Origin: a virus
Taxonomy: Duplodnaviria > Caudoviricetes
Strand: one strand, 5' to 3'
DNA length: 64,000 nucleotides
IMG/VR virus record: IMGVR_UViG_3300035696_000037
Coordinates: 6,744 to 70,743 of that record
Position 1 is the first letter of the stretch, and each line of letters opens with the position of its first letter. Position numbers and translations under genes: made by a program. The notes beneath the pieces are model-generated. The model worked only from the letters and a program-made list of their open reading frames with translations, had not been told where the DNA came from and did not search any database. Positions 34,001 to 43,232 of the stretch are shown piece after piece.

Positions 34001-36838
34001 GGTCTGCGAGTAAGGCTGCCCCACGACGATGTTCGCAAGCGTGGTGGTCAGGATGGTCAGAGGCACGATATATTCGATGGCGAGCCGTTGGTAAGTGTAG
34101 GAAACGCCTCCGGTGACGTTGGTCGCTTGGAGCCAGAGGTCGAAGAAGCCCGCCTCGGTAGGCGTGCCCGTGAGCGTCACGCTGGTGCCGGACACCCCGA
34201 GGGTCAGGCCGGTAGGCAAGTGCCCACGGTAGACCGCTGCGGTGGTGAGGGCGGATGGCGAGTTGCTCGTGATGGTGCCGGTGTAAGCCTGCTGAAGGGT
34301 GCCGTTCGGCAACGCACCATTGAGCGAGAACGGGGCAGTGGTCTGCGTGTCCCAGTATATGGTGATGATTCCGTGGACGTTGTCGCTGGAATCAAAGTAC
34401 TCCAAGACGGAGGTATTGCCGCCTCCCGCCAAGGAGCCGAATGTTGCCAGCAGGTTGCCGTAGATGAGCCCGGTGACTTGGTCGAGCGAAAGCCCGGTGG
34501 GGAGCACGTTGCCGGTCTTCAGGACGGCGGTGAGGGTTCCGGGATTGATAATCTCCGTGGAGTTGAAGTATGGGCGCTGGGGATTCAGCCCCACCGGTCC
34601 GTTTACCAGATAGGGGCGGGTGTAGGACGAAGAAACGCCCACGTCGCCAGCCGCATACCCGGTGTCATTATGGGAAGGCAAGGAATACGTCTGGACGATG
34701 GTGGCCACGACGCTGCCTTGGTGGGTCAACGGGATGGGGACGTAGACTTCCGTGTTCCCATAGGCCGTGGGCGGCCCCGCGACCTCCACTGCCGGTCCGA
34801 CCACGGGAGGGGATGCTGGCGGCGAGGTGCTGATAGACGAGGATGGGTTAACGGTGACTACCAGCCCGTTGGGGTTGGAGAAGTAGGTGGGATAGGAAGT
34901 GTTCACGTCGAGCAGGTTGCCTTGGTTGATGCGGAACCCGCTGAGCGGTCCCTCTATCTCATGGGCTATCGAGGTCGTATCGCCGTTCGACCAGTAGTAG
35001 CCGAACGTCGCCACGGGGTCCAGTATGTCGGTGAGTTCGGTAGCGGCAGTGTAGTAGAATGTCTTGGTGGCCGTGGCGCTGGCGCTGTCGTTTACCGTCA
35101 CCGTGAAGTTGTGGACGCCGAGATTGTTGTTCGGTACGTTTACCCCGAAATCGAACAGCCCGTTGCTCAGGATGGTCGTAAATGGGCTCACGTCGTAAGT
35201 GACCGTCCCCAGCGTATAAGGCGGCACTCCGCCGAATACCGGGACCACAATCCTGAAGTTGTGCCCGGCAAAGATGACCGGCTGGTCGGGTGTCCCGAAC
35301 TGGAGGGCGGCAGGGGACAGGGAAATGGAGAATGTCTGGGACGCAAGCGCCCCCACGGCGTCCGTCACTTGCACGGTAGCAGAAAATGGGATGGAGAAAT
35401 CGGACGTCTCGTAAGTGCAGGGAACGCCGGAAAGCAGGCCGTTCGGGCTCAGGACGAGGCCGACCGGGAACGAGCCTCCCTGTATCGACCACGTGAACGG
35501 GAGTATCCCGCCGCTGTTCTGCAACTGGACGGAATAGGGAGTGAGGACGGTGGCCCCCAACAAGGGCGACGTGGTGGTGATGGCCAAGTCGGTCGGGATG
35601 GTGTAGGTATACGTAACCTCGGCTATGAACGCCGGGACGGTGCTGTCTTGGACGGAGACGTTGACCGTGAAGTTGCCAAGCTGAGTCGGCGTGCCGCTGA
35701 TGGTCCCGTCGATGCTCATCTTGAGTCCGGGCGGGAGCCCGTTGGAATACCAGCTATAGGGAGCGGTGCCGCCCGTCGCAGACATGTCGAAGTCTACGAT
35801 GGGCTTCCCGACATACGAGTTGCTCGGCAGGGAGGCCGTCTGTATCTTGACGGGGGAGGCAATGCCGGTAGACGTCACTATGGCCAAGGGCTCGATGAGT
35901 TCCTTGGCCTGCGGGCGGCCCGAGAACGGGAAGACGTCGAGGGCCATGGTGCCCAACAGCGAGCTTGCATTGGAATAGCGGCTCGTGGCCACGAGGAGCT
36001 TGAGTTCGTTGGTAATGGTGTCGCGGACGGCGCTGCGGACGATGACCTCGAAGGGCTGCGGGACGGCGGCCAAGGACGTGTTGTCCACAATCTCGAACCC
36101 CGCCTCGCCAGCGACCCCGAGGGTGCCGGTGATGGAGGTCTCGGGGGCGGCGGAATACTCTTGGTTGACCACGAAGACGGAAAAGGCAAACGACCGCATG
36201 AGCTTCACGGGAGGCGTGGAATTGCTGAAGTCGTTGAGGGTCTGGACGGAGATGTTCCAAGTGCCCGGCGTGGAGAAAATCTTGGTCACCACCCGGTTGG
36301 ACAAGGGCATCCAGCCCGTGTAGCTCCAGTTTTGGGACGACGGGTCTTGGTATCCCACCTGCCACCCGCTGACGCTGCTCCCGTCGACGTTGGCGGAAGG
36401 GTAGTTGCCGCTCAGCGTGATGGTGAGCGTCTGCCCAAGCTCAAGGGTGCTGTTGTCCCACGACACCAAACTGCTGGTAATCTGGGGCGGGAAATTCAGG
36501 AATGCGGGCCATTCGGGGCCATTGAGGTACTGGGTCTGGTCCGAAGACACGGCGTCCATGTTGATGCTGAAGTTGCTGGACGTGATGGCCTGCTGGAAGG
36601 CCCGGCTGGTCAGTGTTCCCCCCGCACCCAAGCCATTGGTGAAATAGGTGGCGTAATACGTGCCGGGAGGGTTGCCGAGGTTGAGGAAGATGTTCCACCC
36701 GGAATATATGAGGTAAAGGATGCCTGTCGGGTCGGAGGTGCTCGGCACGTTGGTCGGCACCCAGTTCACCGTCAAGAGGCTGTCTTGGTCGATGGTGGCG
36801 ACCGTGGCTAGCGAGTATGGAAGGTTAGGTAGGCTCAT
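31025..36838 (-). CDS. Giant Ig-like (putative Ig/cadherin-like) repeat protein, likely fibre/adhesin (1937 aa)
   Basis: About ten repeats of 'ASGG..PYTW....G.LP.GL.L...G.ISGTPT..G.F...V.VTD'. Confidence 0.88.
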   Translation of the reverse strand: MSLPNLPYSLATVATIDQDSLLTVNWVPTNVPSTSDPTGILYLIYSGWNIFLNLGNPPGTYYATYFTNGLGAGGTLTSRAFQQAITSSNFSINMDAVSSDQTQYLNGPEWPAFLNFPPQITSSLVSWDNSTLELGQTLTITLSGNYPSANVDGSSVSGWQVGYQDPSSQNWSYTGWMPLSNRVVTKIFSTPGTWNISVQTLNDFSNSTPPVKLMRSFAFSVFVVNQEYSAAPETSITGTLGVAGEAGFEIVDNTSLAAVPQPFEVIVRSAVRDTITNELKLLVATSRYSNASSLLGTMALDVFPFSGRPQAKELIEPLAIVTSTGIASPVKIQTASLPSNSYVGKPIVDFDMSATGGTAPYSWYSNGLPPGLKMSIDGTISGTPTQLGNFTVNVSVQDSTVPAFIAEVTYTYTIPTDLAITTTSPLLGATVLTPYSVQLQNSGGILPFTWSIQGGSFPVGLVLSPNGLLSGVPCTYETSDFSIPFSATVQVTDAVGALASQTFSISLSPAALQFGTPDQPVIFAGHNFRIVVPVFGGVPPYTLGTVTYDVSPFTTILSNGLFDFGVNVPNNNLGVHNFTVTVNDSASATATKTFYYTAATELTDILDPVATFGYYWSNGDTTSIAHEIEGPLSGFRINQGNLLDVNTSYPTYFSNPNGLVVTVNPSSSISTSPPASPPVVGPAVEVAGPPTAYGNTEVYVPIPLTHQGSVVATIVQTYSLPSHNDTGYAAGDVGVSSSYTRPYLVNGPVGLNPQRPYFNSTEIINPGTLTAVLKTGNVLPTGLSLDQVTGLIYGNLLATFGSLAGGGNTSVLEYFDSSDNVHGIITIYWDTQTTAPFSLNGALPNGTLQQAYTGTITSNSPSALTTAAVYRGHLPTGLTLGVSGTSVTLTGTPTEAGFFDLWLQATNVTGGVSYTYQRLAIEYIVPLTILTTTLANIVVGQPYSQTLQGYGGVPPYTWTWDAAVSFPALIGSISLNASTGALTGTYSGSPTGPFNVTFTLTDSDGTVTTQVIPMVVSNALAITTAAIPAIPGDNSPYSFYLTAAGGIPPYAWQPASPLPTGITFNSSGLLAGSTTDVAYGSQLVTFTVQDSTGPSSQVTKNLTVQVAINPGMVIITTGVGEIYRGVSYLGTLSLGGVTPTVPVQWTITSDVHNLFSGVGLALTPGSSNQGLTAYITGLYTGAAFSGWIVGVQAADSSGHVATANLSLTAGTNLAITSTSPLPQALVGNSYTFQFVASGGGSPTGGAPAYTWSGSMPAGFSLSSSGLLSWPSPTATTQAFTVYVADAMSPTDSVNGNFQVTGSASTLTITTSSPLAQATAGVAYNNTLAASGGTSPYTWQLVGGALPSNLNLSTSGIISGTTTSVGNFSIIVQVTDNVGSTYQKTFALTVVTGLTLHTGIDYVNSTSNLSLGEVTSLDNVTTISPRGNYSFYVVATGVIATQTSQLSATVPTGYTATVQSVSGGIAYIVLSGPFGSGSAGSNNFAITVTDVGGVNASATFTWTVYTSLGPLTVKPSSGTIPSYGIPLFEGTAGSLPIFNNGSSFVLPGPFAGTTVPPATAATGIFSLTGGGVVTFGWDGSNFKYSYAGGSLPSGVALTTATLTEQDIAWYSTANGFDLFSTGQAPTGAFLYMVDPTATAGPTSVSIPSNNTTTNTVSNFPSSAVNIPSSAYGTWNNPANVERNNGQYASTTVISNHTQYSTQVLQAMGFEFNIPSNAYNISLTITASAEQTSAFGQAVYTTVQLINGGSPIGNQWSSNGTFSWSQGSAGIQTISSSLLGVSLTPAIVNSSTFGLNFNAAATQGGGGTSVGLQLYYITISVTYTIPNYNTFTVTLSKPFSPQQQGTASGTGNSISALATMTSGVSVISTTPTYGTGSLSGWLTGWTVQAQFPSGTGTITTVLSMQVTGTLTYLSGTSMLAAQAVTYINAAVATIKGTYT

Positions 36839-36846
36839 GTCTCATC

Positions 36847-39800
36847 CTATAGCTGGGTGACCACCGAGGAGGTCTTGTCCACGGTGATTCCTCCCAAGAA
36901 CGGGTCGATAGTAGCGGAACGGGACAATACCGAGTTTGCCGTCAGTATCGCCTGCCCTGCCGTCTGGAAGCTGCTGTCCGCCACGATGTTGGAGTTAAGC
37001 TGCGCATAAGCGACCACCGTGCCAGCAGAGATGTCGGTTTCCTGCCCGGCAACCGCAGCATGGTTTGATAGGTTGAGGCAAGACGACCGCTCGGCTGTGA
37101 AGAACGTTCCGGGAGTAACGCCTAGCAGGACGGTGAGCGCCATGCCCGACACCGTGAGTTCCGACTGCGACAGGACGAAGCCGTTGCCCGAGGTCGGCAG
37201 ATTTATGGAACCACCCGTCAGGATGACCCCGCATCCCTGCTCGAAACCGCCTGCCTGCGCATTGTTCAGGAACATGCAGCCGACGAACTCCACGTCGGAG
37301 TCGATGCCGTAGACGGCTGGGTTGGTGAACCCCTGGAACTGGATGTTGTTGAACAGCGCCCGACTGTTGTCGATGAAGAAGGCCGAGGTAGGCCCATCCC
37401 CGAATCCCGCCCATCCCGTGGCGTCGATGACGGCAGGTGCCGTGGCCCCTGTTGTGGTGGTGATGACGATGCGCCCCTCTTCCTGTATGGAAAATGCGAG
37501 GTTGGCGAGCGCATACCACTTGGCCGTGCGGTACGTTCCGTCCCCGAGGGCTATGACCTGCAAGCTGGACGATAGGTTCGAGATGCTGTAGGGCACGTTC
37601 GTGGAGACAAGTTGGATGGAGCACGGATGGCGGAGGACGGGAGGAAGCGTGGCGATGGCCCCCGTAATGGTCAGCTTGGCGTCGGCTGGGTCCAGTCCCG
37701 AGTTGCCGTCGTTCCCGCTCACGTTGTTGACGTAGAGGACAATCGGGGCGATGGTGGACTGCAAGTTCTGCCCTAGCACCGTGCGGGCGGTAGGGGCGGT
37801 GATGGCGAAGCCGACATGCGGGACGGCGCTGGGGAATCCCCTTCCTCCGCTCCCGCTCTGGACAAGCTGTATCTGCTTCCTGATGTCCTTGTTCATCGGC
37901 AGGATGAAGTCGTTCGTGTGCAGGGGCACCTCGAACGTCGTCTCTACGTTGTTTTGCCGCATCGCCACGTAGTTGTTGTCGAACATCGTGGACAAAGGCG
38001 TGTTCGTCAGCGTGGCGTCCGACCAGTTTACCTGCTTGGGCAGGGACAGGATGATGGGGTACTGCCGGTTGTATGGATAGACGTCGGAAAGCCCAATCTG
38101 CGGGGCCGCCCCCGTGCCGTTGGAGGTCACGAGGGCATTGTCGGCAGTATAGAGGACCTCATAGTTCCGGGCCGTGACCCCCTCTCCTTGGTAAGGGACA
38201 TACCTTTCCTCCAGCGTCAGGACGGAGTCGGGGTCGAGGGCGGGAAGGATGGAGCCCACGAAGAAGAACTGGTCGTTGGGATAGGACGTCAGGTCGATGT
38301 TCGTCACCGTGACGGTGACCAAGCCGTTGTTGAAGTCCGCCAGCGATATGGTCACGGCATTGACGGTGGTGCCGGGCTGCCCGAGAATCCAAATCACCTT
38401 GGTCGTGTCGTTGCCCGATATCCCCTTTATGGTGCATCCGTTGCCCGCCAAGACCACCGTGCTGGCCTTGGTGGTGGAATTGTAGGAGACCGCCTCGATG
38501 GTCACGCGGGGGTCCATGTTGAACGATGCCGTACCGGCAGGCCAGCAGGCAGGAGACGACATCAGCACGGTCTCCTCGATTTCCGTGATGCCCTTGACCG
38601 GGGCATTGAACGCCACCTGCGCCGTATCCTTGGCCATGAATGACATGATTACCGTGGAGGTGGAGGACACCGCCCCCTGCACGGTGACGATGCAGTTCCC
38701 TCCGCTGATGCTGACGGATGATATCGAATAAACGTTCCCGCTAGCCTCGTCCCAAGCCGACACGACGTACAATCCGTCATAATTGCCATTTATACCAAGC
38801 CTGTTGACGATGAAGGTGGTGGATGGGCTTCCCGCCACGGTCTGGCCGACACCAGAGGAGCCCGGAACCTCGACCCAAATCCTGGTCCCGAAGGCAACGC
38901 TGGAATACTCGGGGTTGAACGCCCACAGTTGGTATGTGGCTGCGTCGGCGAACAATTGCTGGTCCTGTATGTCGTACTCGGAAACCCCATAGACGGGAAG
39001 GGTGATGCTGGTGGTGGCGTCGTAGAGCGTCCCGCCATCGACCGCAAACGGGGTCTGGATGAGGTTGGTGTTGCTTCCTGCCGGATAGGTGACCCCAAGG
39101 GTCACGTACAGGTTGTTGGCTCCGGGGTCGAACGCCGTGCCGACGAGGTTGTAGGGGAATGAGACCGTGATGGCGGAGGCGTTGAGCCCGGATATGAGTA
39201 TCTGCCCCGACAAGAGGTTGATGGGGACCTTCTGGCTGGGGGTGGGGCTATTGAACCCCTGCACGAAGGCGGAGGTGATGGTGACCTTTGCGCTTGCAAC
39301 GTTGGTAGGCAGGGAGATAGTGAAGGCGTCGTTCTGCGCCCATGCCGCGCCGTTGGTACCCACGGACTTCATGTTGATGGTCACCCGTTGGGTGGCATAG
39401 TAGGTCCTGAGGTCGGAACTGAAGCCGTTGGAGAACCCATCGAATGCCCCCACCGTATTGGTGTTGGTGACAGCGGAGGAGGACATGGAGACGTAGTAGT
39501 CGAGCGTCGAGCCAAGCGCCGTAGGGCTCATTCCGGGGGATTGCCCACGTCCTATGGCGGCGTGCAAGTCGCCCGTGATGAGGTCGGTAAGGCCTTCTCC
39601 CGTAAGTTTTTCATAATCCCAACCATCGAGGCTCACCGTCTGCCTCGTGTCCACCGTGTCGTCCTCGTATATCTGGTCGGCCAACCGCGAGTCGAACCTC
39701 CCGGAAACGTCGCTCGCCAAGAGGCCGGAATCGGGGACCTGCGGATTGCCGCATCCGAAAATGTTGTTGGCCAGGGAGAAACCGCCCCAGTTACGCTGGA

Positions 39801-40641
39801 AGACCACGGCGACCGGCATGGCGTAGCTGTAGCCATCCATCGTCCCGAGCATGTTGGTGGGGTCGCCGTCTCCCGCCTGCCACAGGCCGGTGTCCCCGCT
39901 GACGGTGCCCATGTTGGTGAACTGGTAGACGGTGCTGCCCGTGACGGGCTGCGACTGGCTTGCCTGCGCATAGACCGCCTGTATGGTTCCCGTCCCGCTC
40001 GGGTCGAGCCCGTAGCGATAGATGCCGAAGTTGTAAGTGAGGCTTACACGTTGGACGTTGAGCCTCCACTGTATCTGGGCACGCTGGGTCGTGTAGAGCC
40101 CTTGGTTGAAGATGTCGACGGAGTCGTCCGGCATGGATTCGAGCAGGCTGGGGGCGGGGGTGACGCATCCATAGGGATAGAAGTAGTTCAGCCCGGTAGT
40201 GAGGTCTTGGTAGTAGCCGACCCCGGTAGTGGGGTCCAAGGATTGGTACCAAAGCTCAAGGAACACCACATAGATTCTTGCCGGGTCGTCTCCCGTGTCT
40301 ATGTTCCAGAAAATCGGTGCCGGGAGGACTACGTTGTTGAGGGTCACGTCAGCGGACAACGAACCAGCGATGGTGACGGGCTCCCCATTGAAGAGGACGT
40401 CGAACTGGGGGATGGCGAAAGTGTTGGCCACCGTGGTGTCGAAGGAGAACGGCTTCCACGTCAGGCAGCCGGAAGTCGCCGGGCCGTCCGCCAAAAGCTG
40501 CCGTACCTTGGACCTCTGGAGGTCCTGGATGAGGTTGACGTCGGCATCGGAAATCTCGTGGTCGTGCAGGCCGACGACGGTCAAAAGGCTCTTGCCGGTC
40601 GGGTCGAGCGTTCTGGAAACCACCGATGGATATTCAAACAT
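36847..40641 (-). CDS. Large tail/baseplate-associated protein with C-terminal beta-helix-like region (1264 aa)
   Basis: 'LYVNNVSGNDGNSG...KLTITGAIATLP' beta-helix cap motif of tailspike-like domains; N-terminus resembles baseplate-attachment domains. Confidence 0.6.
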   Translation of the reverse strand: MFEYPSVVSRTLDPTGKSLLTVVGLHDHEISDADVNLIQDLQRSKVRQLLADGPATSGCLTWKPFSFDTTVANTFAIPQFDVLFNGEPVTIAGSLSADVTLNNVVLPAPIFWNIDTGDDPARIYVVFLELWYQSLDPTTGVGYYQDLTTGLNYFYPYGCVTPAPSLLESMPDDSVDIFNQGLYTTQRAQIQWRLNVQRVSLTYNFGIYRYGLDPSGTGTIQAVYAQASQSQPVTGSTVYQFTNMGTVSGDTGLWQAGDGDPTNMLGTMDGYSYAMPVAVVFQRNWGGFSLANNIFGCGNPQVPDSGLLASDVSGRFDSRLADQIYEDDTVDTRQTVSLDGWDYEKLTGEGLTDLITGDLHAAIGRGQSPGMSPTALGSTLDYYVSMSSSAVTNTNTVGAFDGFSNGFSSDLRTYYATQRVTINMKSVGTNGAAWAQNDAFTISLPTNVASAKVTITSAFVQGFNSPTPSQKVPINLLSGQILISGLNASAITVSFPYNLVGTAFDPGANNLYVTLGVTYPAGSNTNLIQTPFAVDGGTLYDATTSITLPVYGVSEYDIQDQQLFADAATYQLWAFNPEYSSVAFGTRIWVEVPGSSGVGQTVAGSPSTTFIVNRLGINGNYDGLYVVSAWDEASGNVYSISSVSISGGNCIVTVQGAVSSTSTVIMSFMAKDTAQVAFNAPVKGITEIEETVLMSSPACWPAGTASFNMDPRVTIEAVSYNSTTKASTVVLAGNGCTIKGISGNDTTKVIWILGQPGTTVNAVTISLADFNNGLVTVTVTNIDLTSYPNDQFFFVGSILPALDPDSVLTLEERYVPYQGEGVTARNYEVLYTADNALVTSNGTGAAPQIGLSDVYPYNRQYPIILSLPKQVNWSDATLTNTPLSTMFDNNYVAMRQNNVETTFEVPLHTNDFILPMNKDIRKQIQLVQSGSGGRGFPSAVPHVGFAITAPTARTVLGQNLQSTIAPIVLYVNNVSGNDGNSGLDPADAKLTITGAIATLPPVLRHPCSIQLVSTNVPYSISNLSSSLQVIALGDGTYRTAKWYALANLAFSIQEEGRIVITTTTGATAPAVIDATGWAGFGDGPTSAFFIDNSRALFNNIQFQGFTNPAVYGIDSDVEFVGCMFLNNAQAGGFEQGCGVILTGGSINLPTSGNGFVLSQSELTVSGMALTVLLGVTPGTFFTAERSSCLNLSNHAAVAGQETDISAGTVVAYAQLNSNIVADSSFQTAGQAILTANSVLSRSATIDPFLGGITVDKTSSVVTQL

Positions 40642-40698
40642 AAGCACCTGCGCCCTGACTTTGCATCTACTTAGTAGAGGAAAGTCGGAGGATTAAGG

Positions 40699-41250
40699 AT
40701 GGCAAATGTCCCTTATAACTACCTTAACCAGCCCATGGTGGCGACTGCCCTCATACAGGGATTGGACAGCGACAGTTTCTACTTCCCTGAAGACAATGGG
40801 CATACGGGGTTTGCCTTCAACGGCGCTTATTACGTCAGCGGGACGCAAAGCTCCCCCCCGCAGGTAGCCTCATGGTTCAGCGAAGGGACGGGACCCTATC
40901 GGGGAGATGGGGCGTCCTTCCCGGCGCAGGCCCTCTTGCTCCTGGGCAGGGCAAGCCTCACCATCTTGGACGAGACCACCCCGGAACTCAACCTCTGGAT
41001 GACGTTCCTGCTGGGGGACAACCTGCTTTTGGCGGACAATTTCGCCACGTCGAACCCCAACTATGCCTCCAACCTGATAGGCTTTCTTCCCTCCGGGATG
41101 GCCTACGCCAACGGAGTCATATCGGTCATCTATTCCCCCGACCCCGGAGCGGAGGACATCGGCCTTTCGCCTCCCATGGGGAGTGCCAGCACCATGGTCG
41201 TGAACATCGACTTCACCGATGATGCCGCCTACCTAGACGTGGCGGTATAG
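40699..41250 (+). CDS. Hypothetical protein (183 aa), co-oriented with the endolysin
   Basis: GGAGG RBS; abuts the endolysin start. Confidence 0.65.
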   Translation: MANVPYNYLNQPMVATALIQGLDSDSFYFPEDNGHTGFAFNGAYYVSGTQSSPPQVASWFSEGTGPYRGDGASFPAQALLLLGRASLTILDETTPELNLWMTFLLGDNLLLADNFATSNPNYASNLIGFLPSGMAYANGVISVIYSPDPGAEDIGLSPPMGSASTMVVNIDFTDDAAYLDVAV

Positions 41251-41796
41251 ATGGAGAAAAGTATGAAATCACTCGATGACATTGTCAGTGCTTATCCGTG
41301 GCCCCCGCTGGGGCACGAGGCGGGATACCGGCAACTGCTGGGCTTCCTGCTCTCCGACACGAACGTCACCGACCCCCATTTCGTCGCCTATATGCTGGGC
41401 ACCATCCGGCACGAGACGGCATACACCTTCGCCCCCGTGGAGGAATGGGGGCACGGGGCCGGGCACCCTTACGGCGTCCCAGACCCGGCGACGGGAAAGG
41501 TTTACTATGGACGCGGGTACGTGCAGATTACGTGGAAGGACAACTACCAAAGGTTCAGCGGCGTGGCGGGGGTTGACCTCGTCCAGAACCCGGAGGAGGC
41601 GCTGGACCCCGCCATCTCCTACAAGATTGCCTCGGCGGGCATGCGGCTGGGCATGTTCACGGGAAAGAAGTTCTCGGATTTCGTGCTGCCCGGAGGGGGA
41701 TATGACTACGTGAACGCCCGGAGGATAATCAACGGGCTGGACCAAGCCGAGACGATAGCCGGGTACGCCTTGATGTTCTACGCCTCGATAGCCTAA
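41251..41796 (+). CDS. Endolysin, glycoside hydrolase family 19 (chitinase-class lysozyme-like)
   Basis: 'AYMLGTIRHET...YYGRGYVQITWKDNY...ARRIINGLD' GH19 phage endolysin motifs. Confidence 0.9.
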   Translation: MEKSMKSLDDIVSAYPWPPLGHEAGYRQLLGFLLSDTNVTDPHFVAYMLGTIRHETAYTFAPVEEWGHGAGHPYGVPDPATGKVYYGRGYVQITWKDNYQRFSGVAGVDLVQNPEEALDPAISYKIASAGMRLGMFTGKKFSDFVLPGGGYDYVNARRIINGLDQAETIAGYALMFYASIA

Positions 41797-42026
41797 CTCA
41801 AACGGCAGCTTTTCAGCAATTCCAACAAGGCGGAGACGTTCATATCCGATATGCTGTTCATCGAAAGAATGGTCGATTTGGGGATTCGGTTGAGCAGGTT
41901 TCCGAGGTAAAGGGCAAACGCAAAGGCATCGTCGCCCCGGATGAACACCCCCGGCCAATCGTCGCCGAACTGCACGACACCCGTCTCCACTCGCTGTTCT
42001 TGCTGAGGAAGCATCTGGATATCCAT
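41793..42026 (-). CDS. Hypothetical protein (77 aa)
   Basis: 'RVETGVVQFGDDWPGVFIRGDDA' phage-like small protein; GGAG RBS. Confidence 0.6.
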   Translation of the reverse strand: MDIQMLPQQEQRVETGVVQFGDDWPGVFIRGDDAFAFALYLGNLLNRIPKSTILSMNSISDMNVSALLELLKSCRLS

Positions 42027-42027
42027 G

Positions 42028-42297
42028 TCAGTCTCCGCACCCACGAAGTCGGTCTGGGGCTTCTTTCTTCAGCCGTTTCAAGAACTTGTGGTCAACATCA
42101 TCGTACCAAGGCACGGCGTATTGGTTGGGGGCGGAGGGCATCCCTATGAGCCGTCTAAGCTCCTCCGCCGTGAAGTAAGCGCAGTTGTATGCGAGAAGCT
42201 CTTTATGAAGCTTCTCGACCTCCCGCTGGAACTTCTCCTGTTTGAGAATTCTCTTCTGCTCCTCGGGGGTTGGTTCCCAAGGGTCATTTCATCCCAT
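42028..42297 (-). pseudogene. 89-codon reading frame interrupted by TGA at codon 3 (pseudogene, readthrough or sequence error)
   Basis: TAATG-coupled start with GGAGG RBS: ATG GGA TGA AAT GAC CCT TGG GAA...; the rest of the frame is open (NDPWEPTPEEQKRILKQEKF...GCGD) and fills the intergenic gap exactly. Confidence 0.55.
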
Positions 42298-42581
42298 TAG
42301 TCACCCTCCGTAACCCCTACTGGGGGCTTAGGATACTCCACTTCTTGCAAAGGCATCAAGTCAGCCATACTCTTCGGTTTCACAGACACCGAAGCATCCC
42401 CCGAACCGCTGATTCCCACTTTGGCTACCTGCTGCTCATCTACGGAGCGGGCGGACTTCACCGCTAGTTGCAGATAGTGAAGCGATAACGCTTCTTCCGG
42501 CTCGATTCCCGACCGGGCGTGGGACGTTACGACGTACTGTAGGTACCTGAACAAGTCCTCTTGCAACATCAATATTCTCAT
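42297..42581 (-). CDS. Hypothetical protein (94 aa)
   Basis: GAGGG RBS; overlaps the 3' end of rlpA. Confidence 0.55.
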   Translation of the reverse strand: MRILMLQEDLFRYLQYVVTSHARSGIEPEEALSLHYLQLAVKSARSVDEQQVAKVGISGSGDASVSVKPKSMADLMPLQEVEYPKPPVGVTEGD

Positions 42582-43083
42582 GTGTTTCCCTCTTCGTCTG
42601 GGCTGGGTCCTGATAGCCCCACACGAAGTGGGAGCCGCAGGGCTTGGCCCCTCCCTGCCTCGGCCCGCAGACGAGGGCGAGGTAGGAGTAGTCCGGCTCG
42701 ACGTCCCCGTAATAGAGGACGTCAACCTTGACGTCCGTCAAGCCGTTGAATCCGAGAACCCTTGCAGCGGCGGCGGATACGTCGATGATTCTGTCGGGAA
42801 AACCCGGCCCACGGTCGTTAATCCTGACCTTCACCTTCTTGTCGTTTTGCAGGTTGGTAACGAGGACGATGCTCCCGAATGGCAAGGTCCGATGGGCCGC
42901 TGTAAGTTTGTGGTAGTTAAAGACTTCCCCGCTGGAAGTGAGATGCCCCTGACGTTCCCTTCCATAATAGGATGCCCGTCCCGTGGTCTCCCACTTTATC
43001 TCGACGGGCTGTTGCGGCATAGCTGGCAAGGCAATGCCGACCAACGTCAGGAGGGAGAGTAAGAGTGATTTGGTTCCGCTCAA
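42436..43083 (-). CDS. rlpA: RlpA-family (double-psi beta-barrel) lytic transglycosylase with signal peptide
   Basis: 'GRASYYG...TSSGEVFNYHKLTAAHRTLPFGSIVLVTNLQNDKKVKVRINDRGP..DRIIDVS'. Confidence 0.9.
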   Translation of the reverse strand: MSGTKSLLLSLLTLVGIALPAMPQQPVEIKWETTGRASYYGRERQGHLTSSGEVFNYHKLTAAHRTLPFGSIVLVTNLQNDKKVKVRINDRGPGFPDRIIDVSAAAARVLGFNGLTDVKVDVLYYGDVEPDYSYLALVCGPRQGGAKPCGSHFVWGYQDPAQTKRETHENIDVARGLVQVPTVRRNVPRPVGNRAGRSVIASLSATSGEVRPLRR

Positions 43084-43176
43084 ATTTTCCTCCTTTTACT
43101 GCAAGATTCCGCCTTTCCTTCCTCTCCTTTCCGCCCAGCGGCGGGCAATGTCCATACAGTCTCGCTTCCGATAGTT

Positions 43177-43203
43177 ATAGAATACCGCGTTCCGGGGGGT
43201 TTT
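43177..43203 (-). promoter_or_regulatory. Putative promoter (AAAACC-13 nt-TATTCT) for the rlpA operon
   Basis: Same architecture as other promoters; overlaps a TTCCGGG/CCCGGAA hairpin. Confidence 0.4.
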
Positions 43204-43232
43204 TCCCGGAAAAGTTTGATGTGACAGTTTGT

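Noticed and set aside
31025-36838. Diversity-generating retroelement target in the Ig-repeat gene
   Set aside because: No reverse transcriptase and no template/variable repeat pair differing at adenines seen in the window.
23340-40676. Identical TAAGTAGATG 10-mer at 23340-23349 and 40664-40673 as a late promoter
   Set aside because: One copy contains the stop codon of the preceding gene, and similar AT-rich junctions are explained by stop codons; two instances are not enough.
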